DNA from: Welwitschia mirabilis
Lineage: Eukaryota
DNA: 62,933 nucleotides
Direction of reading: 5' to 3'
Assembly (NCBI GenBank): GCA_051453625.1
Contig: JBOZIK010000001.1
Span: 37,047,127-37,110,059 of the forward strand
Part shown: positions 40,801-55,621 of the stretch, in pieces
Layout: each line of letters begins with the position of its first letter
Numbering within the stretch: the stretch's first letter is position 1
Position numbers and translations under genes: made by a program
Notes under the pieces: generated by a model
Database searches by the model: none
What the model saw: only the letters and a program-made list of their open reading frames with translations
What the model was told of the DNA's origin: nothing

Positions 40801-40920
40801 NNNNNNNNNNNNNNNNNNNNNGTAAAAGTTAGGTTTGGTCATGTAAGATTTATATTCGTAGAAAAATTTTGCTATTTATCATATATTGATAACAGATACA
40901 AGTACAGCTAGATTTCATCA
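28844..40920 (+). mobile_element. Athila-like Ty3/gypsy element with both LTRs; gag, protease and accessory ORF remnants; no RT/RH/INT detected
   Basis: 5' LTR 28844-~29788 and 3' LTR 38295-40920 align (28990-29260 vs 38440-38725; 29260-29790 vs 39913-40920) with TGATA...TCATC(A/G) ends. Decayed Asp-type PBS TCACATTATTGCTAAGGA at 29801-29818. Purine-rich tract before 38295. Gag motifs LHLNDFE (~30947), FPFSFKEK (~31555), CP.HG..FYEGL (~32740-32797). Protease ALLDLRTTIN (~33974), FLVDFIILKM. Accessory motif LLEFYQN at 36471-36491. Confidence 0.8.
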
Positions 40921-42316
40921 TGAACACTAATGGTTTAGATTATTAAGTTGAAGTAAAGCTCATATATGGGTTAGATAGAAGTGTAGTAATCAAATCCATC
41001 TCCAAAATAGTATTATTGAAAAAAAGGTAATGCAGCCTACCTTGGTGATGAAATCCAAGCATTAGGATGATTACTATTAAGATTATCTTGATTTAGTCTC
41101 GTTCAATGAATACATCACACAAATGCATGCATATAATTCTATATACTTTTGTATTTAATAAATTATTTACTACTTATAATAATTCTAATCATCATTAGGT
41201 TCATTTTATAGGGATAATCATAAAAAAAGGAAAACACAAATAAACTAGAACATATTTATATTGAGGATCATAGTAATGAAAATCCAAATAAAACTTATTT
41301 TCTTTTTTCACATTTAAAACAATAATATCAACATTCAAATGTATCACATAACACTTTAAGCATATCATTAAAGGAAACTAATCTATACCTGAAGCTATGC
41401 TAATCTTAAAAGCATTCTTCTATGCTCATATGATAATTTACCATGGTTATGTGTAATGAAGATAGCCAAAGAAAGTATATTTCAAACATGGTTATTTAAA
41501 ATATAATTCTTTATCCAAGACTCATATATCTCTAGCATAAGTTTAAAAAAATGATAATTAAGGGACTATACGAGTTACTTAGATTACTAAGATCTAACCC
41601 TTTATAAGCATACATATTAAAAGTAACCAAAAATAAAAAGATAAAAGGGTATTTTTCCTAACAAAATATTATGGATCAATAATGTAACTTAAATTTACTA
41701 ATAATAAATTATGTTATATACTTCAATTACCTATATAATTTTATTTAAAAATTTTTCTATAATTTTAGACATTAATTAGAAAGTTTCTAAAGATTTAAAG
41801 GGACATTATAATTAAATAATTATAAAGTAAAATTAAATTATAATAGTTTTTGATAAACTAAATATTAGAAAAATTATATTAGATATTCGAAAAATTACTA
41901 TTTTTGAATTCTTATAATTTTCTTAAAACTTATTAGATATTAGAAAAATTATTGTTTTTCAATTATTATAGATATAACATAATCCTAATGTATAGAAAAA
42001 AGTTTACTAATTTATACTTACTATTTAATAAGCTATAGTGTTCTTATCCTATGCGTCTATTTTGGAAATTTAACTTTCACTATGTAAACAGAGTAAAGAT
42101 TCTACAACCAGTTACGTAATAATTAGAATAAGTATAATAATAAATATACTAGTTAAACTAAATAGTTAAAATGTATCTTGGCTAAATATTACTAATACAA
42201 ATTAATGTAAGAAATAAAAATCAAAGCATAAGAAGAATTTACAATAATCCTTGGGATTTCCATAAAGGAGTACTAGCCTAAAAGAGATTTTAAGAATTAG
42301 AGTTTTGTCCTTAATA

Positions 42317-42399
42317 AGATTGATCTAATGCATAATTACTATATATATATATATAGATTGATCTAATGCATAATTACTATATATATATATATATATATA
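42317..42399. repeat. 38-bp tandem duplication ending in (TA)n
   Basis: AGATTGATCTAATGCATAATTACTATATA... occurs twice. Confidence 0.9.
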
Positions 42400-44379
42400 G
42401 ATAGTAATTACTTAGCCATAATAATCATTTACTAACNNNNNNNNNNNNNNNNNNNNNNNNNNNNNNNNNNNNNNNNNNNNNNNNNNNNNNNNNNNNNNNN
42501 NNNNNNNNNNNNNNNNNNNNNNNNNNNNNNNNNNNNNNNNNNNNNNNNNNNNNNNNNNNNNNNNNNNNNNNNNNNNNNNNNNNNNNNNNNNNNNNNNNNN
42601 NNNNNNNNNNNNNNNNNNNNNNNNNNNNNNNNNNNNNNNNNNNNNNNNNNNNNNNNNNNNNNNNNNNNNNNNNNNNNNNNNNNNNNNNNNNNNNNNNNNN
42701 NNNNNNNNNNNNNNNNNNNNNNNNNNNNNNNNNNNNNNNNNNNNNNNNNNNNNNNNNNNNNNNNNNNNNNNNNNNNNNNNNNNNNNNNNNNNNNNNNNNN
42801 NNNNNNNNNNNNNNNNNNNATCCTTTACTAACCTCAATTACCAAGCATAAAAGACCCCTCATTTCTTCCCACCATTTTGGCGAGAGCCAATAGGAGGTAA
42901 TAAATTTTATAGCATAATGTCATGCTAACTATAAACAATGGCCTAATACAAAATTTTATTACTTTACTAAAATCTTAAGAGAGGTCATCATTTGGAAAAC
43001 ATAAGTGAAGGAGCTCACTTAGAGAGATCAATAATTTTTTAATAGATGAATATTGATGAAGTTTCAAGATTAATAATCTTTAACTCCAAGCTTCCAAGCT
43101 ACTAGCATCAAGTTTCTGAGATCTAAGATTTAACACTTCATATTTTTAGGCTTAAAGGTTTTAAGCTCCAATCTCCATAGGCAAGAGAATGAAAACGGCG
43201 AAAAACGAAATGCATTTACATGAAAAATTTGAAGTATTTTTTTTATTATTTTCTAAGATATGAAAGGGTTTCTATTTATAGATAAACAAAAGAGACATAT
43301 TTAAACTGATAGAATTACATGATTTATCATTGATACATGGGATGACTAATAAGTGCAATTAAAGGACTTTATGACTTTTGTACCTAACTAGGGTGAGTAA
43401 TTTACTTTCTTTAATTATCAAGGTTAATCACATGTACTATTTCATTATTCTAGCTTCTTCTTAATCTTGCATAGGCTCATAGGCATGTTAATTAATTTAA
43501 GACATGTATTAAAAGATTAATTGCATAAATTTTATAGTTGTCATGTGACATAATGAGATAAGCCTCTTTAATTCCAAGGAATAAAACAATTAATATGTTA
43601 GAAATATCAATTTAATACATACATTAAAAGAACAAGTGCACAAATTTTGAAGTTATCATGTAACATAATGAAATAATCCTATTTAATTTTAATGAATAAA
43701 GTAATTAATATGTTATGAATCAAGTGCTATTACAGATCTCAAGAACATAAAGGTTATGGTATATTAAATTTACTCATTTATCATTCTTATTTTTGGGTAA
43801 AAGTGCATGTACTTATTTACATACTCATTTATTTCATAATGCATAAAATCTATCAACCACATAATATAAAGAAGAAGATGTGTATTTATGATTAAACATA
43901 GTATATCTATTATATTTACCAAAACTTTTAAATGAGTAAACAAGATGTCACCTATCATTTTTATAAAACATGTTATTATACCCTCTTGAAATTCTCAATT
44001 TAGCATTTTTATCATGTTATTTAAATTCTACACATAATGGGATTATTTAGTTTTAATATTTGGATTAGTTTTTAATTATGAATTGCTTTTCTCATAAAAA
44101 CGTTCACAACATAATTATTATCATTTTCATATTAAATTACAAAAATTATGCAAATTAAGATTAGTTAGTTAAAATAGCATCTTATCTCAACAAGATCTTT
44201 AACAAAGAAAAATTCATCATCTACGTAAAAGATTAACATGCCTCATATTTAAGTAATCAAGACTTACAAAATGTGGGGTATGATAGAAAGGGCTTATACT
44301 TTTAGTATTCCATTGACATCTCACTTTAACTTAAGAAGGAAGGATTGTCCTTAGTCTCTATAAGATAAGATAATATAAA

Positions 44380-46740
44380 TTAGTAGTTTCATCATGTTTT
44401 TCATGGTATGCACATAGATAAACATTACTTATTTTAGGGGAATAGGTAGTAGATTTTTGAGTAGCCCTAGCTAATCTTATTAGCTAGTGGTTTAATGGAT
44501 TATGTAATACTTAAAGGACAATTATCCTTATTGATTATAGTTTACAGGAGAAAGCCTTCAAGTGATGAGATACGTTGATGTAGATTTTTCTATTACTGTG
44601 CATACTATACCTTTCATTACAAAATATGTTTTTTCTCTTAATAAATGTATTAATACTTAGTTATCATAGCTTTAATCAATGGTAAGTTTATTCATAATAG
44701 AATTTAAATAAATTTCTTTGATGAAAGTCCATAAAGAAATGCTATAGCTAATATAGTTTCTTGATTTATTAGGAAGACATAGGATAATTATGCTCTACTT
44801 CATGATAGTTAGAGTGCTCTTTACCTAGTTAAAAAAATTTCTTATCATGCAAAGAAAATGCATATTAATTAAAGGTTCCACTATGTTAATGAAGCGGTTG
44901 GGATTAGCTACATACAGATTCAAATGTTTTATATAAAGAATAATTCCACTTATCCTTTGAAAAAGTTTATACTTATGAAGAAGCACTAGCTTTTCATTTT
45001 GTTTCTTAGGTTTATAGCTTCATAACATAAAGCTTATTTATAACTATCACAATCATTTAGATTTTTTTATTTTTTATGTTATATGTTTCTTAAGAGGTAA
45101 GAAGTTTTTCTTTAAGTGGAAGAGTGTTAGTAATTATAAAGTCAAATCTTATGTTTTTATTTATGTTAAAGGTAACCTATATTATAGAGNNNNNNNNNNN
45201 NNNNNNNNNNNNNNNNNNNNNNNNNNNNNNNNNNNNNNNNNNNNNNNNNNNNNNNNNNNNNNNNNNNNNNNNNNNNNNNNNNNNNNNNNNNNNNNNNNNN
45301 NNNNNNNNNNNNNNNNNNNNNNNNNNNNNNNNNNNNNNNNNNNNNNNNNNNNNNNNNNNNNNNNNNNNNNNNNNNNNNNNNNNNNNNNNNNNNNNNNNNN
45401 NNNNNNNNNNNNNNNNNNNNNNNNNNNNNNNNNNNNNNNNNNNNNNNNNNNNNNNNNNNNNNNNNNNNNNNNNNNNNNNNNNNNNNNNNNNNNNNNNNNN
45501 NNNNNNNNNNNNNNNNNNNNNNNNNNNNNNNNNNNNNNNNNNNNNNNNNNNNNNNNNNNNNNNNNNNNNNNNNNNNNNNNNNNNNNNNNNNNNNNNNNNN
45601 NNNNNNNNNNNNNNNNNNNNNNNNNNNNNNNNNNNNNNNNNNNNNNNNNNNNNNNNNNNNNNNNNNNNNNNNNNNNNNNNNNNNNNNNNNNNNNNNNNNN
45701 NNNNNNNNNNNNNNNNNNNNNNNNNNNNAGTTAAAAATAAAGTTTTAAAAAAAAAAAGAAAGGACTACATGTAATCATTACTAATTTGAGGCTTTGTATC
45801 ATGCCCTAAGGCTTCTTCAAGATATAAAATGATAGAAGGAGTTCCCTATGAGCATGTGGCTATAGTTGAAGCCATTTTTAATCTTATCTTTAATACGAAA
45901 GTACTCCTAATTTAAAAATTATACTTATGATATTAAGACCAAACATATTGACTTAAGGTTATACTATGTTCATGAAGTAATTGAGAATGGATATGTATAG
46001 ATTGAGAAAATTTATAAAAATGACAATACTACTTTAACAAAAGTTTATTCCTATGGGAAATCACTATCTTTTAAAATGCTTTTCATTTGGTTAAAAATTC
46101 TTCTTGTCATAAACAGACTAAGTGTGTTGACCTCAGGTTTCGCTATGTTCATGAAGTGATTGAGGATGAATATGTACAAATTTAAAAGATTTATAGATAT
46201 GACAATGATACTTTAATGAATGCTATACCTATGAAAAAGAACTAGATTTTCTCTATATATCTTAGATTTATAGTTTCGTATTATGAAGCTTAATTATAAT
46301 GAGCATAATTATTTACATTGTATTTATATTGTATATGATTTAAAAGCCAGGCAAGAAGTTTTCTGCTAAGTGGAATATTATTAATTATTATGAAGAAAAC
46401 TATCTTTTCTATTTTATTTTAAAGGTAAGCTAATATTGTAGATTTAAAAATAAAGTCTAAAAAAAGAGGAAGTATGTGAAACCAATGTTAATTTAAGGAT
46501 TTGTATCAAGCACTAAAGCTACTTAAGTATATAAAAGAAGGACAATGGTTATTTATGAGAGTGTGATTATGATTAGAGCTAAGCTAGATAGATATGTTAT
46601 ATTCTTTGTTACTACTTTTTTATAGTTGATCTATAAAGCTTTATGCTAGGTGGAGGAGGTAGTGTAAAAAGTACCTAAATATGATTAAATTATTTATATT
46701 TTTATTTATTTTGTTTTATGATTTTTTTTCTTATTTTCTT
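44380..46740 (+). mobile_element. Tandemly repeated Ty1/copia RNase H 3' ends with PPT/LTR remnants
   Basis: Three KHID.R.HYV.E-type segments at ~44840, ~45935 and ~46113. TAAGTGGAA PPT-like junctions at ~45113 and ~46367, each followed by similar LTR-like sequence (45730-45880 vs 46440-46590). Confidence 0.7.
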
Positions 46741-47840
46741 ACTAGAGACTATATATAGAATATATTAAATATAAAAAAATCTACAAACTATTAGTCACAT
46801 ATCAAAAAAAAAAATAAAATAAAAAGGTGAGGAAGGGGGAGGAAGGGGAAGGAAGGGGAAAAGATAAATCACTTATTCTTTACTTTTCTGTTTTGATTTT
46901 TAAAAATAATAACCATTATTTTTATCCTATTTTTAAATGTTCTTTTTAAAAGAAGAAGAAAATTTGGGAGATATAAATAAGAATCCAAATTTCTACATTA
47001 TCATCATCATCATTTTCTTAATAGTTTTCCATCTACATGGAATTGACTTTATGATATCTTTTATTCCATTCACATCTATAAACAGCTAAATATTAAATAT
47101 CTAATTACACTTTCATATATTTAAGGTAAAAATTTCACATCCATGTATTATTTTGTTAGCATGATTTAAAAATTAAATAAATAGTTCATAGAAATAACTA
47201 TGTATTATTTAGTACAAAAGCATGTTTACATATAGATATTAAATAATATTCTATTGTTGAAAGTAACTAATGATAAAGAAAAATTATAAAGAAATCCTAA
47301 TATTAAATTCAAATATTGGATATATAAATAATCATTTATGTCTTAGTAAAATAGTTTCTTATTATGTTTATTATTTTTTTAATTTCTTAAGTTCTAGTAT
47401 TAATTTGGAACTTAACCTAGGATCTGTTGATTAATAAACATTTAGAATTTTAGTAAAGCAAATAGAAAGGATAAACAATGTTGAAATATATTTAACCAAC
47501 TATTAAGATTGTTAAATAATTAAAATTAAAAATAAGATTAGTTGAAAATTTATAGTGAAATAATTTTATATTAGTTTCATTATAAGAAAAATGAACTAAT
47601 GTTCAAATAATATATGCATCTTTACTTGGTAATTATGAATTAAATGTAAGATACAACAAGGTTATAAATCTCACACTAATACTTTAGATCCATGAGGAAA
47701 TATAGATGGTGCATACTTTCTGCTAGCTTTTTATTTATTTTGCCTTCTTTGATCTTTCACTAGTAGCTATCATGAAATTTCTTAAGGACCTATTAGTGAT
47801 AACAACACATATTCATACTAAAAAAGATGACTTTACTCTT

Positions 47841-47920
47841 ATTAAACTATATGGAATAAGAAAACAAGATTTATAGTTTAATTAAACTATATGAAATAAG
47901 ATAACAAGATTTATAGTTTA
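47841..47920. repeat. 40-bp tandem duplication
   Basis: ATTAAACTATATG(G/A)AATAAGA(A/T)AACAAGATTTATAGTTTA x2. Confidence 0.95.
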
Positions 47921-48333
47921 AGATTAGTGTGTGTATGTTAGCATCAACTATTAAAATTCCATAAAAACCTTTCGAAATCATGGAATTATATCAGTTAAGA
48001 AAATTTTTAAAGTTCTAGATAAGACTTAGAAAATTAGATGTAAGAGGCTAGATAGAACAATATTGTTCAAATCATAAACTAAGAAACTAATCATCTAAAC
48101 ATTTTTAAGTAAGCTATTATTCATTTGAATTCATGAAAGGATCAAGCATAATATTGAGTAGAGTCTTATTTTCTTAACATGTTTTTCCCCTAAATTAAGG
48201 AGTATGCAATGGATGGATAAGTGTGCTAGTCTAATTGTTTTTTTTTTTAAAAAAAATATATATACACATGAATATGAAAAGTGTTTTATCAATAGCCTTG
48301 AAATAAGGAGAAAGATATAGGTATGAATGTGTG

Positions 48334-48337
<4 letters not shown>

Positions 48338-48382
<45 letters not shown>

Positions 48383-48482
48383 NNNNNNNNNNNNNNNNNN
48401 NNNNNNNNNNNNNNNNNNNNNNNNNNNNNNNNNNNNNNNNNNNNNNNNNNNNNNNNNNNNNNNNNNNNNNNNNNNNNNNNNN

Positions 48483-48553
<71 letters not shown>
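48338..48553. repeat. Long (GT)n microsatellite spanning a gap
   Basis: Directly visible; true length unknown. Confidence 0.95.
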
Positions 48554-48555
<2 letters not shown>

Positions 48556-48589
48556 TGATGTAAAAATTTAGTAAATTTACTTATTTATA

Positions 48590-49030
48590 CAAGTATTACC
48601 ACTAAGCGATAGCCTAATGATAAGTCTTGACATAGTACACATCTATGATAAGAATGAAAATAAATTTTTTAAATAAATTAAAATAAAAATAAAGGGTCAA
48701 ATGTTTTGGTTCACTAGATTCCCTTGCCCTATGATAAATGTGAGATAAAATATTATTGATTGCTTCTTTCTCATGAATCACTTGGTAATAGTATAATAGA
48801 ACTAATTCTTATATCACAAGCTATCACTTGAGTGAGAGGCTCTTGGTTTGCATTAATACCTATCACAAGTTGTTACCTAAAGATATCTAGAGTAATAACT
48901 TTTAGTTAATATATAAAAGTCTCTATCACTGAGTGATAGCTAACAATAGGCTTGCGATAGCGTTTTTAAAATCTAATCACATGGGTATCACTAATAATAG
49001 ATCACAACTGAATATAAAATATATAAAGTA
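48590..49030. mobile_element. Possible CACTA-type subterminal repeat cluster
   Basis: Many direct and inverted TATCAC / GTGATA / GCGATA motifs, e.g. CTATCACTGAGTGATAG at ~48923. No paired terminal inverted repeats identified. Confidence 0.3.
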
Positions 49031-52000
49031 TTATCCCACTAATCATCAAGTAAACATATTTTTCCTTTTTAGTTTAAAGCTTTTTATTTACCTTCTGTAT
49101 TAATTTTTCCCTAATAAAACAAGTACATCTTTGATTATTTCTTTAATGAAGTAGCCATCATCTCAACTTTAGCTAATTTCTTATACTCAAAGTTAAAGAA
49201 TTGACTTCCTATTTTTATCCTTTTTTGTTTAATTAGGATGATTCTTTAGAATACAAGATAATGAAACCTTTTTTTTCCATTTAGTAATGTTGTTTTTGTT
49301 ATCTTCTAAAAGGGAAATCCTACTCCCAAAAGTTCTTTAATTTATAATCTAATTTTATTAATTTTAAAATAAAATATTACTTAAAAGAAAACATTCTTTT
49401 TAGGTTTTTAATGTTTTTTATGCTGACACTAAATAGAAATTACTATTTTAAGGATTTGACTTTTGTGTTTTCTTATTTTATTTTATTATCTATAAGTAAA
49501 AACCTCTAGTTTTTATTTTTATGTAAATTTCGATGGGTTTAACATGGTAGTACTATACGCTTTTCTAGAAAACATCATTTTAATGAAACCCTTCTTTACT
49601 CATAATGATATTAATTTGTTTACTTCTTAAGTTTCATTTTTTTAACTCTAGCCTTCACTACCTTGGTCCAACACATGCTTCTCTGAATTATAGCATATTA
49701 GAGAGTCATTTCAATCATCTATAGAAGATAGTGTTTTTCTCTTCTTTGCATTTGCATTGAAATTTATTTAAATGAAGTTTTATCTAACTAGATCTAAAAC
49801 CATTTTTCTTATTTTTAAATTATACCCCTTTAGTTTCATATTAGTCATATCTAAAGGATCTTAAAATGTAAACTATTATTAAAATTGTTAAATGATCCTT
49901 GTCTTTTTCATTTAACATTATCATGTAGGCTTTGATTCTTTTTTATGAAAATTAAGGAATGACTAAATTACCTTTATTTTAATGACTAATAATTTATAAG
50001 TATTTCTATTAATATTAAATTGTGCTTAATTTCATAGATCTAGTTATTGTTTTGAATGAAATTGAAAAATTTTCATTGCAATAGAAAAATTACAGATCAG
50101 ACTCCTACATAAAACACTAAGAATAGACCTTGAACTATTAAATTTATAGGACTAATTGCTAACTTGTCTGAGTGATTAGTGTCTTAAGTAATTTATTTTG
50201 AAAACATGGATAAACACATTAAAAATAGGGAATAAAAACCAGCCTTGCAATCAACATTGGAATAAGGTAACATGGAGGATCAATCAAAATTGGATAGGCT
50301 AGACTTGAAGCATCGAGCTCTTTTACAGGTCTTGGAATTTTGCATCTTTAACTGTAGTATCAAAAGTATAACAGTAGATTCTTAGGAGAGCAAAATTTTT
50401 ATTTTGTAAATCCTCATTAAATTGAAAGAAATATTAATTATAAATTGGCTCTAAGGCTTAGGCATGGAAGGTTCTCCCAGATTACCTAGACTAAATGCAC
50501 TGCTCCTCTACAATGCATAAACATCTAGGTAGGTGATATATTATCCTAACTAGACTCATAAATAACATACTACTTTAACCATTTTCATCTACAAATGACT
50601 ATTGTGTGATAAGATAAATGGTCTTGATGCTTAATCTGTAGGGGTACTTCATCTCTTCTGATCATCTTGATGAATCTTCAAAAGCCTTTAGATTAAAAAG
50701 CAGAGGTAATGGACTACTTATTTAATTTCTTTTGCTCATAAATTGGGGGTAAATACCCATTAATTAATACCATCTACGATCCTATTGGATGTCTTTTAGC
50801 TTCTGAATAGAACTTATATTGTAATCTAACCAATGTTGGAGTTTCTTGATTAGACTTTAAGATTTGAAGTCTATGTTCTTAAAGACCTTTACATTTCTAC
50901 TTTGATAGATGAAGAATATAAAAGCTAAAATTAAAGATTTCATAATACAGTGCTGAGTGGATTTGGATTTGAATTTATAATTAAACTAATGCATCAAAGT
51001 TGTCTAGTTATTTGAAGGAGATTGGAGATGAAGTAGCTTTAGGAGTTCTCTAAGAAAGCTAAAACAAGGGGGGCATTCAAAGAAAGGGTGATCCCTTGTT
51101 TCATTATCCTCCTTATAGAAAACACATATGATATCAGTCTAGATTCCAAACTTGACTACTCTTTATTTTGTAAAGAGGCTACTGTTGTAGGCCAACCAAG
51201 AGATGAAGGAGCATTTGGAAGTGACATAACTATTCCAGATTAAGAAGTCATAGATTTAATTATTGGTAAAACTAGTGATATATTTTTCATCATCACCATA
51301 TTTTCTTTTGAAAAGCCTAAAGTAACTTTGGGATGTTAACCACCCTAGTATCTATATTTACATAAACTTGTATCCAATCCCTCACTACTTCCACCCCTGC
51401 TACATCATCATAAGTTGTTCAAAGAATAGGAGGTCCTTTTAAAAGGTAACTTTGATTCTTAAACAAGATTAAAAATAGGAACTTAAAACTATATAGCCTA
51501 GGATTTATAGGAACTAATTCATTGCTGTCTGGCTTACCTTATAAGGCCTAAACATAAGGAATATAGAAACAATGACATTCAAGAATTTTATAGGAAAATG
51601 AAAACTAAGTATAGACATCTTTTCTCATAAAGGATAAATGAATTAGAGAGAAAGTCATCATTAAATTAAAGGTGGGGAATATAAACATTAACATAACTAT
51701 AGATTATTTAAGATATAATTATATCATCTACACATATGGAACTTGATTATATATTGATCAAGCTATAAGAGAATAAAAATAAAGTGATTTAGATTATTAG
51801 TTAATGAGGATATCACTTTAGAGATCTTTACTTTGACCTTTGAAAAAGGCCTTTTCATCTAGACATTTTCACCACTAGAACATATTTTATTTAAATTGGT
51901 GATCACAAATATTCATCCTACCATCAATGTAACTAACCTTATGACATTTCATAATAGGCTATTACTTACTTTATTAAATGTTAAATCATATAATGTTTGC

Positions 52001-54150
52001 TACAGTATTTTAATTTTTAATTAATTCCACATTTAAATAAGAAGATGTAGTATATTTTACTCAAGTGGAGCCAACATGAATAGTTACTTTGGTAAAAAAA
52101 ATCTAAACAAAATTCATCTTGCTAAGAAAGAATAAATACAACTGCTAGAGATACCATGATAATAACTTATAGATGACACCTTTATGATGTTTATAAAAGA
52201 GCAATTATCACAACTATGATGTAACATTTAGCATGCTAGTGAACAAATGTAGGTCTCAAATATAAGATTTGGAATTGAAAGTAACTAGCTTGATAACTAC
52301 AGTTCAAGAAATCAAAATGCATTTGTAAATCCAATTTAGATGTAATACAAGTCCATTAACACTAATGCTAATAGAGAAGGAAGACGAAGAATATTAGGAA
52401 ATGAAAACTTTTAGATTTATGTGATGAAAGGCTTTCTATAATAATATTGTATTTCAATTAGAGTTGGATCTATATATTTTATTGTATTTCACATTTTGTG
52501 AAATCTAACTTTGAATTTTTGTGCTTATGCCAATATGACATGTATTTCTCTTATGTACATTAATGTAAACAGTAACTTTTATTTTACAATATGACATGTA
52601 TACCTCTTGTGTAGTTAATGTGAATGCTCATGACTTTTAAATACTTCTTTAACTCTTTCACACATAAATTCTACAATAGAAATGTAATTAATTAAAAATG
52701 AAACTCATCTTAATGTTTTACATTTCTTAGATGATGTAACAAAGGACCATCATAACATAAGAATGAGGATGCGATATCATTTCAAATTCATCACCTAAAA
52801 AGATGAATTTTATGTAACCTTTTTCATGGAATTTAGACCATAAAATTATTAATATATTTTTTGTTAGATAACTTATAAAATAAAAAGTAATTTAATGAAT
52901 TTTAATGTGTTTCTAAAATACTATGCATACTTTCTCTATTTTCACTAGCTTATTATTGGGTGATAAGCTAAGAATAAAATGGTTTTAATAATTATATTTA
53001 TCATAAAATAAGAAAATAAGTACATAATAAGAAGTACAACTCCTTTTATCCCATAGTAATAATAGATCAAACACTAGAAATAGTTCAAATAGCTAATCAT
53101 CTAATGGTAAAAAAAACAACATCCACATTTATCACAAAGGAAGAGCATGTGGCAAAAGGGACTTATTGTTAGATGAAAATCTGAATAATGCAATTCAATT
53201 ATTTAAGATTATAATGTAGTTATAATGAAGAGCTAGTGTCAAATATTTCTATAATCCCCACTTATCACCTAATGAAAAATGCATTTCTTAAGATTAGCAA
53301 AATAAAGTGAAATCTACCTTACACATAGTTTATTAAAAATCTTATTACAAGACTGACTCACTTATTATGAGGGTTAAATCATATTAAGTTAATTATTCCA
53401 TTAAAACATATAATGACAATGTAATAAATATCATGAAAATTCCTAGTTTATAAAAATTTATGCAACCTTTCTAGTCTTCTTATTCATATATTTAAAACTG
53501 AAAGCCAAATAGAAACTATTTAGGGAAGTTTTTAAGCTTCTTCTAGTTTTAAATTCATGGGTATAAGTGATGTTGTGGATTTTTATCAAAATAGTTCTTT
53601 ATATAATTTATACCTAGCTTTGGGACTATAATACTTAGCTTTGATTGATTCTGTGTAATTACAATCATACATTTTATTAATTATAAAGTAGAGAGATTAA
53701 CAAATCAATCTTCATTCTTATATGTCTCATTCTTATGAGATGCTATTTCATCAAGATTATATTTTAACTTTCTCTTCCTTAAAAATTAATATTTATTAAC
53801 TAGAGAATAAGAACTTTTTCCACAATTTCCATGGATTGTTAAATTGCTTTGATATCATAATTTATCTAACTCTTATAAACCTTCATCCACTAAATAGTAT
53901 ATAGATTAATCTTGATCATCTTCAATAGAGGAAGACAACCTTATTATTGGAATTCTATTGCCATCTATCTTGGTGAATTGTATTTTGATGCAAAAAATAA
54001 TTCTTTTAAGAGGAGTTTTTAATTTAATGAATGGAAAAGCAATAAAAGATAAGAAGTTAAAGTCCATTTTGAAGTAGAAAAAAAGATATCAAAGGATTAA
54101 TCAAGTAATAGTGGAATAGATAGGAATAGACTGATAGATATAAAGATTAA

Positions 54151-54187
<37 letters not shown>

Positions 54188-55621
54188 GAGATTTTAGATT
54201 TCTAAGNNNNNNNNNNNNNNNNNNNNNNNNNNNNNNNNNNNNNNNNNNNNNNNNNNNNNNNNNNNNNNNNNNNNNNNNNNNNNNNNNNNNNNNNNNNNNN
54301 NNNNNNNNNNNNNNNNNNNNNNNNNNNNNNNNNNNNNNNNNNNNNNNNNNNNNNNNNNNNNNNNNNNNNNNNNNNNNNNNNNNNNNNNNNNNNNNNNNNN
54401 NNNNNNNNNNNNNNNNNNNNNNNNNNNNNNNNNNNNNNNNNNNNNNNNNNNNNNNNNNNNNNNNNNNNNNNNNNNNNNNNNNNNNNNNNNNNNNNNNNNN
54501 NNNNNNNNNNNNNNNNNNNNNNNNNNNNTATATATATAGATATATATATATGAGATTTTAGATTTTCAAGAAATTTTTATTAATAGTAAGCATGAAAATT
54601 AGATAAGTAAATTTCTTGATATTAAAAAGATTTTACAATTCATCTAGATCTACATGTAACAAACTTTTCCTCTTATAAAGAGTTTATGAAATGATATTGT
54701 AAATAGTATTAAATAGACATGGATATATCATCTAGCTTACTTGAAAATTAAAGGATAGAATAATTATGTACAACCCATTAAGCAAGCAATGGTTTTATAA
54801 AAGAACTACTACAGTAATATACAAAAGAAATTTGTTTAAAAAATTGTATCAAAAATAGGTATGATTACTATATTATTTTTAAAAATATATTTAAATATAT
54901 CTTTTTTTTTTATATAAGATATGAATATCAAAAATATGTAATCTTACTTTAACTCCAACTGTATAGTGTTGACATGTAAAAATTGACATTTATATCAACT
55001 ATTTTAGACTAATTTATTATAAATTAAGATATTACTTTAATTATTTTAATCATAAAATTTTTTCTATTATTTTTTNNNNNNNNNNNNNNNNNNNNNNNNN
55101 NNNNNNNNNNNNNNNNNNNNNNNNNNNNNNNNNNNNNNNNNNNNNNNNNNNNNNNNNNNNNNNNNNNNNNNNNNNTTACTTTAACTCCAACTGTATAGTA
55201 TTAACATGTAAAAATTGACATTTATATTAACTATTTTCGATTAATTTGTTATAAATGAAGATATTACTTTAATTATTTTAATCATAAAATTTTTTTCTAT
55301 TATTTTTAAAATAAAATTTAATATTAAGTTTTTCTCCATGATAATTATAAATCTTTAGCCATGTTTTGAAACACATGATTAAAGATGGATGCAATTCTAC
55401 ACAAAACAATCATGGCAATGGAGATCTAAAGTGGTGACATGTAGTAGTAGCATTGAAAGACATGTCGTAGAGGTTTGTGAAGGTGGCACTAGACACATGT
55501 GTCAATAGCACTAGTTTGTAGAGGAATCTAGCTCTAAAGAACATGTATTAAGCTTATCATGATGAAGATTCCATCTAATTCTATATGACAATCTCTATCA
55601 AATTCTACAAAATAATCTCTA

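Noticed and set aside
48323-48571. CVCVCV ORFs (also 10790-11020)
   Set aside because: Translations of microsatellites.
50200-52450. Possible LINE ORF1 or CACTA accessory-gene remnants
   Set aside because: Slightly higher complexity, but no motif could be confidently read.
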